From NCBI RefSeq assembly GCF_061271975.1, contig NZ_JBWPXN010000002.1: a stretch of 24,000 nt of DNA. The stretch is one strand, 5' to 3'. The notes beneath the pieces were generated by a model that was not told the origin of the DNA, ran no database searches, and was given only the letters and a program-made list of their open reading frames with translations. The translations under genes were made by a program, and so were the position numbers. This document shows positions 19,892-24,000 of this stretch, piece by piece. Position 1 is the stretch's first letter, and each line of letters starts with the position of its first letter.

Positions 19892-19945
19892 GCTTCCTCG
19901 CCAGTTCGCTCGCTATGCTCGGTTACACGGCTGCGGCGAGCGCTA
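19892..19945 (+). other. 54-nt motif copy C (possible ssi/primosome-type site)
   Basis: GCTTCCTCGCCAGTTCGCTCGCTATGCTCGGTTACACGGCTGCGGCGAGCGCTA. Confidence 0.45.
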
Positions 19946-20013
19946 GTGATAATAAGTGACTGAGGTATGTGCTCTTCTTATCTCCTTTTGTAGTGTTGCT
20001 CTTATTTTAAACA

Positions 20014-20095
20014 ACTTTGCGGTTTTTTGATGACTTTGCGATTTTGTTGTTGCTTTGCAGTAAATTGCAAGATTTAATAAAAAAATGCAAAGCAA
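20014..20095. promoter_or_regulatory. sopAB promoter/operator with CTTTGC motifs
   Basis: CTTTGC at three sites plus inverted GCAAAG before sopA, matching the known SopA operator arrangement. Confidence 0.8.
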
Positions 20096-20105
20096 TGATT
20101 AAAGG

Positions 20106-21281
20106 ATGTTCAGAATGAAACTCATGGAAACACTTAACCAGTGCATAAACGCTGGTCATGAAATGACGAAGGCTATCGCCATTGCACAGTTTAATGATGA
20201 CAGCCCGGAAGCGAGGAAAATAACCCGGCGCTGGAGAATAGGTGAAGCAGCGGATTTAGTTGGGGTTTCTTCTCAGGCTATCAGAGATGCCGAGAAAGCA
20301 GGGCGACTACCGCACCCGGATATGGAAATTCGAGGACGGGTTGAGCAACGTGTTGGTTATACAATTGAACAAATTAATCATATGCGTGATGTGTTTGGTA
20401 CGCGATTGCGACGTGCTGAAGACGTATTTCCACCGGTGATCGGGGTTGCTGCCCATAAAGGTGGCGTTTACAAAACCTCAGTTTCTGTTCATCTTGCTCA
20501 GGATCTGGCTCTGAAGGGGCTACGTGTTTTGCTCGTGGAAGGTAACGACCCCCAGGGAACAGCCTCAATGTATCACGGATGGGTACCAGATCTTCATATT
20601 CATGCAGAAGACACTCTCCTGCCTTTCTATCTTGGGGAAAAGGACGATGTCACTTATGCAATAAAGCCCACTTGCTGGCCGGGGCTTGACATTATTCCTT
20701 CCTGTCTGGCTCTGCACCGTATTGAAACTGAGTTAATGGGCAAATTTGATGAAGGTAAACTGCCCACCGATCCACACCTGATGCTCCGACTGGCCATTGA
20801 AACTGTTGCTCATGACTATGATGTCATAGTTATTGACAGCGCGCCTAACCTGGGTATCGGCACGATTAATGTCGTATGTGCTGCTGATGTGCTGATTGTT
20901 CCCACGCCTGCTGAGTTGTTTGACTACACCTCCGCACTGCAGTTTTTCGATATGCTTCGTGATCTGCTCAAGAACGTTGATCTTAAAGGGTTCGAGCCTG
21001 ATGTACGTATTTTGCTTACCAAATACAGCAATAGTAATGGCTCTCAGTCCCCGTGGATGGAGGAGCAAATTCGGGATGCCTGGGGAAGCATGGTTCTAAA
21101 AAATGTTGTACGTGAAACGGATGAAGTTGGTAAAGGTCAGATCCGGATGAGAACTGTTTTTGAACAGGCCATTGATCAACGCTCTTCAACTGGTGCCTGG
21201 AGAAATGCTCTTTCTATTTGGGAACCTGTCTGCAATGAAATTTTCGATCGTCTGATTAAACCACGCTGGGAGATTAGATAA
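20106..21281 (+). CDS. sopA: SopA, type Ia partition ATPase (ParA family)
   Basis: 391 aa; Walker-type [32 protein letters not shown]; recognised F SopA. Confidence 0.99.
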
Positions 21282-22252
21282 TGAAGCGTGCGCCTGTTAT
21301 TCCAAAACATACGCTCAATACTCAACCGGTTGAAGATACTTCGTTATCGACACCAGCTGCCCCGATGGTGGATTCGTTAATTGCGCGCGTAGGAGTAATG
21401 GCTCGCGGTAATGCCATTACTTTGCCTGTATGTGGTCGGGATGTGAAGTTTACTCTTGAAGTGCTCCGGGGTGATAGTGTTGAGAAGACCTCTCGGGTAT
21501 GGTCAGGTAATGAACGTGACCAGGAGCTGCTTACTGAGGACGCACTGGATGATCTCATCCCTTCTTTTCTACTGACTGGTCAACAGACACCGGCGTTCGG
21601 TCGAAGAGTATCTGGTGTCATAGAAATTGCCGATGGGAGTCGCCGTCGTAAAGCTGCTGCACTTACCGAAAGTGATTATCGTGTTCTGGTTGGCGAGCTG
21701 GATGATGAGCAGATGGCTGCATTATCCAGATTGGGTAACGATTATCGCCCAACAAGTGCTTATGAACGTGGTCAGCGTTATGCAAGCCGATTGCAGAATG
21801 AATTTGCTGGAAATATTTCTGCGCTGGCTGATGCGGAAAATATTTCACGTAAGATTATTACCCGCTGTATCAACACAGCCAAATTGCCTAAATCAGTTGT
21901 TGCTCTTTTTTCTCACCCCGGTGAACTATCTGCCCGGTCAGGTGATGCACTTCAAAAAGCCTTTACAGATAAAGAGGAATTACTTAAGCAGCAGGCATCT
22001 AACCTTCATGAGCAGAAAAAAGCTGGGGTGATATTTGAAGCTGAAGAAGTTATCACTCTTTTAACTTCTGTGCTTAAAACGTCATCTGCATCAAGAACTA
22101 GTTTAAGCTCACGACATCAGTTTGCTCCTGGAGCGACAGTATTGTATAAGGGCGATAAAATGGTGCTTAACCTGGACAGGTCTCGTGTTCCAACTGAGTG
22201 TATAGAGAAAATTGAGGCCATTCTTAAGGAACTTGAAAAGCCAGCACCCTGA
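21281..22252 (+). CDS. sopB: SopB, centromere-binding partition protein (ParB family)
   Basis: 323 aa [61 protein letters not shown]...; TAATG overlap with sopA. Confidence 0.99.
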
Positions 22253-22304
22253 TGCGACCACGTTTTAGTCTACGTTTATCTGTCTTTACTTAAGTCCTTT
22301 GTTA

Positions 22305-22329
22305 CAGGCCAGAAAGCATAACTGGCCTG
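22305..22329. other. Strong hairpin between sopB and sopC
   Basis: CAGGCCAG-AAAGCATAA-CTGGCCTG, perfect 8-bp stem. No long T-tract follows. Confidence 0.6.
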
Positions 22330-22341
22330 AATATTCTCTCT

Positions 22342-22571
22342 GGGCCCACTGTTCCACTTGTATCGTCGGTCTGATTATTAGTCTGGGACCACGGTCCCAC
22401 TCGTATCGTCGGTCTGATTATTAGTCTGGGACCACGGTCCCACTCGTATCGTCGGTCTGATTATTAGTCTGGGACCACGGTCCCACTCGTGTTGTCGGTC
22501 TGATTATCGGTCTGGGACCACGGTCCCACTTGTATTGTCGATCAGACTATCAGCGTGAGACTACGATTCCA
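22342..22571. repeat. sopC: sopC centromere, shortened (four canonical 43-bp units plus degenerate edge units)
   Basis: GGGACCACGGTCCCA at 22385, 22428, 22471, 22514 (exact 43-bp periodicity). Degenerate GGGCCCACTGTTCCA at 22342 and GAGACTACGATTCCA at 22557 keep the 43-bp phase. Confidence 0.97.
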
Positions 22572-22921
22572 TCAATGCCTGTCAAGGGCAAGTATTGACA
22601 TGTCGTCGTAACCTGTAGAACGGAGTAACCTCGGTGTGCGGTTGTATGCCTGCTGTGGATTGCTGCTGTGTCCTGCTTATCCACAACATTTTGCGCACGG
22701 TTATGTGGACAAAATACCTGGTTACCCAGGCCGTGCCGGCACGTTAACCGGGCTGCATCCGATGCAAGTGTGTCGCTGTCGCCGGCCTCCTCACCCGGTC
22801 ACGTTTCGTCGTTCCTCCTCCACGCGCTGCGGCTTCGGGGCCGCACCTGCATTCGTATGCGGTCGCCCGGTTACAGGTGCGGCACGGCCTGATGGAGGCC
22901 GCATGTGAGAGGAGAATTCCC

Positions 22922-23428
22922 ATGCCAAACTGGTGCTCGAATCGTATGTATTTTTCTGGTGAACCGGCACAGATCGCTGAGATTAAACGACTGGCCAGCG
23001 GTGCAGTCACTCCGCTTTATCGCCGCGCCACAAATGAAGGTATTCAGCTGTTTCTGGCCGGAAGTGCCGGACTTCTGCAGACCACTGAAGATGTGCGGTT
23101 TGAACCATGCCCCGGACTGACGGCTGCCGGGCGTGGCGTTGTATCGCCGGAGAATATCGCGTTCACCCGCTGGCTGACACACCTGCAGGACGGTGTACTT
23201 CTGGATGAGCGAAACTGCCTGATGCTGCATGAACTCTGGCTGCAGAGCGGTACTGGCCGGCGTCGCTGGGAAGAATTACCGGATGATGCCAGGGAAAGCA
23301 TTACCGCTCTTTTCACCCCAAAAAGAGGTGACTGGTGCGACATCTGGAGTAACGAGGATGTATCGGTGTGGTGGAACCGTCTGTGTGACAACGTCCTGCC
23401 GGAAAAACCATGCCGTTTGACCTGCTGA
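22922..23428 (+). CDS. YubB/DUF1281-like protein, N-terminal part; probably split by a frameshift
   Basis: ATG at 22922 after GAGAGGAGAATTCCC; MPNWCSNRMYFSGEPAQIAEIKRLASG...CDIWSNEDVSVWWNRLCDNVLPEKPCRLTC*. Confidence 0.7.
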   Translation: MPNWCSNRMYFSGEPAQIAEIKRLASGAVTPLYRRATNEGIQLFLAGSAGLLQTTEDVRFEPCPGLTAAGRGVVSPENIAFTRWLTHLQDGVLLDERNCLMLHELWLQSGTGRRRWEELPDDARESITALFTPKRGDWCDIWSNEDVSVWWNRLCDNVLPEKPCRLTC

Positions 23429-23847
23429 CGGTTCTGTCCACTCGCCTGGATGTTGAAGTGAATGGCTTTAACGGTGGTGTTCTGAACGGTGTTCCTTCTG
23501 CATATCACTGGTATACGGAACAGTATGGCGTGAAGTGGCCTTGTGGGTATGAGGTGAATATCAGCAGTCAGGGAGACAACTTCATTCAGGTTGATTTCGA
23601 CACGCCGTGGTGTCAGCCGGAAAGCGACGTTATTGCAGTATTAAGCCGCCGTTTCAGTTGCACGCTGGAGCACTGGTACGCCGAGCAGGGCTGCAATTTC
23701 TGTGGCTGGCAGCGATATGAGCGTGGAGAGCTTGTTGATGTGCTGTGGGGGGAACTGGAATGGTCTTCCCCGACAGATGATGATGAGCTGCCGGAAGTCA
23801 CCGCGCCGGAGTGGATAGTCGACAATGTGGCGCATTATGGCGGATGA
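23410..23847 (+). CDS. YubB/DUF1281-like protein, C-terminal part in a different frame
   Basis: MPFDLLTVLSTRLDVEVNGFNGGVLNGVPSAYHWYTEQYGVKWPCGYEV...SPTDDDELPEVTAPEWIVDNVAHYGG*. Confidence 0.65.
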   Translation: MPFDLLTVLSTRLDVEVNGFNGGVLNGVPSAYHWYTEQYGVKWPCGYEVNISSQGDNFIQVDFDTPWCQPESDVIAVLSRRFSCTLEHWYAEQGCNFCGWQRYERGELVDVLWGELEWSSPTDDDELPEVTAPEWIVDNVAHYGG

Positions 23848-23850
23848 AGT

Positions 23851-24000
23851 ATGACGGAGACTGGCGGGAAACCGCCCGTTTCTTTTCCGACAAAGGATGT
23901 CGCCGTGCTCCTCTTTTTACTGCGCCGGCTGACGCGGCGCGGCATAAACGCTGCCTGTGGTCAGTGTCCCGCATCCGGCGGGCACGGGACGGGCGCTTTT
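23851..24000 (+). CDS. Hypothetical protein, partial at right edge
   Basis: ATG at 23851 three bases after the previous stop; MTETGGKPPVSFPTKDVAVLLFLLRRLTRRGINAACGQCPASGGHGTGAF, open to 24000. Confidence 0.35.
   Translation, partial: MTETGGKPPVSFPTKDVAVLLFLLRRLTRRGINAACGQCPASGGHGTGAF

Noticed and set aside
20374-21848. Minus-strand ORFs within sopA/sopB
   Set aside because: Shadow ORFs of highly conserved genes.
22342-22571. Regular 43-bp repeats resembling a CRISPR array
   Set aside because: The whole 43-bp unit repeats without variable spacers, and the position and palindromes match sopC.
22636-23508. Overlapping ORFs on both strands around the YubB-like gene (22636-22908, 22668-22892, 22744-23010, 22871-23230, 23044-23508)
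   Set aside because: Either GC-driven open frames in apparently non-coding DNA or antisense to the better-supported gene.

Overview
This window is the backbone of an IncF-type (RepFIB + RepFIA) enterobacterial plasmid. Left to right it carries: a partial membrane protein gene; a decayed parDE toxin-antitoxin locus; the RepFIB replicon (tyrosine recombinase, flanking iterons, minus-strand repA with a probable CTG start); a complete IS66-family insertion (4915-7446) bounded by a perfect 8-bp duplication TTCCAGTC; a small two-gene unit encoding a 46-aa protein and a protein with a possible papain/transglutaminase-like C-H-D pattern; a frameshifted IS110-family transposase with a long structured 5' leader; an 11-nt overlapping gene pair (96-aa protein + 299-aa protein with a TIR-like nucleotide-binding domain), which is the best candidate for an under-described defence module; pifA/pifC; ccdAB; resD; the F ori2/repE/incC replicon; sopA/sopB and a shortened sopC centromere; and a YubB/DUF1281-like gene that appears split by a frameshift. 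Other signals include three 54-nt dispersed copies of a GCTTCCTCG...CTGCGGCGAGC motif, paired inverted DnaA-box-like sites, and a possible non-coding transcript ending at 8837. All family assignments come from reading the sequence and recalling known proteins. No database search was run.
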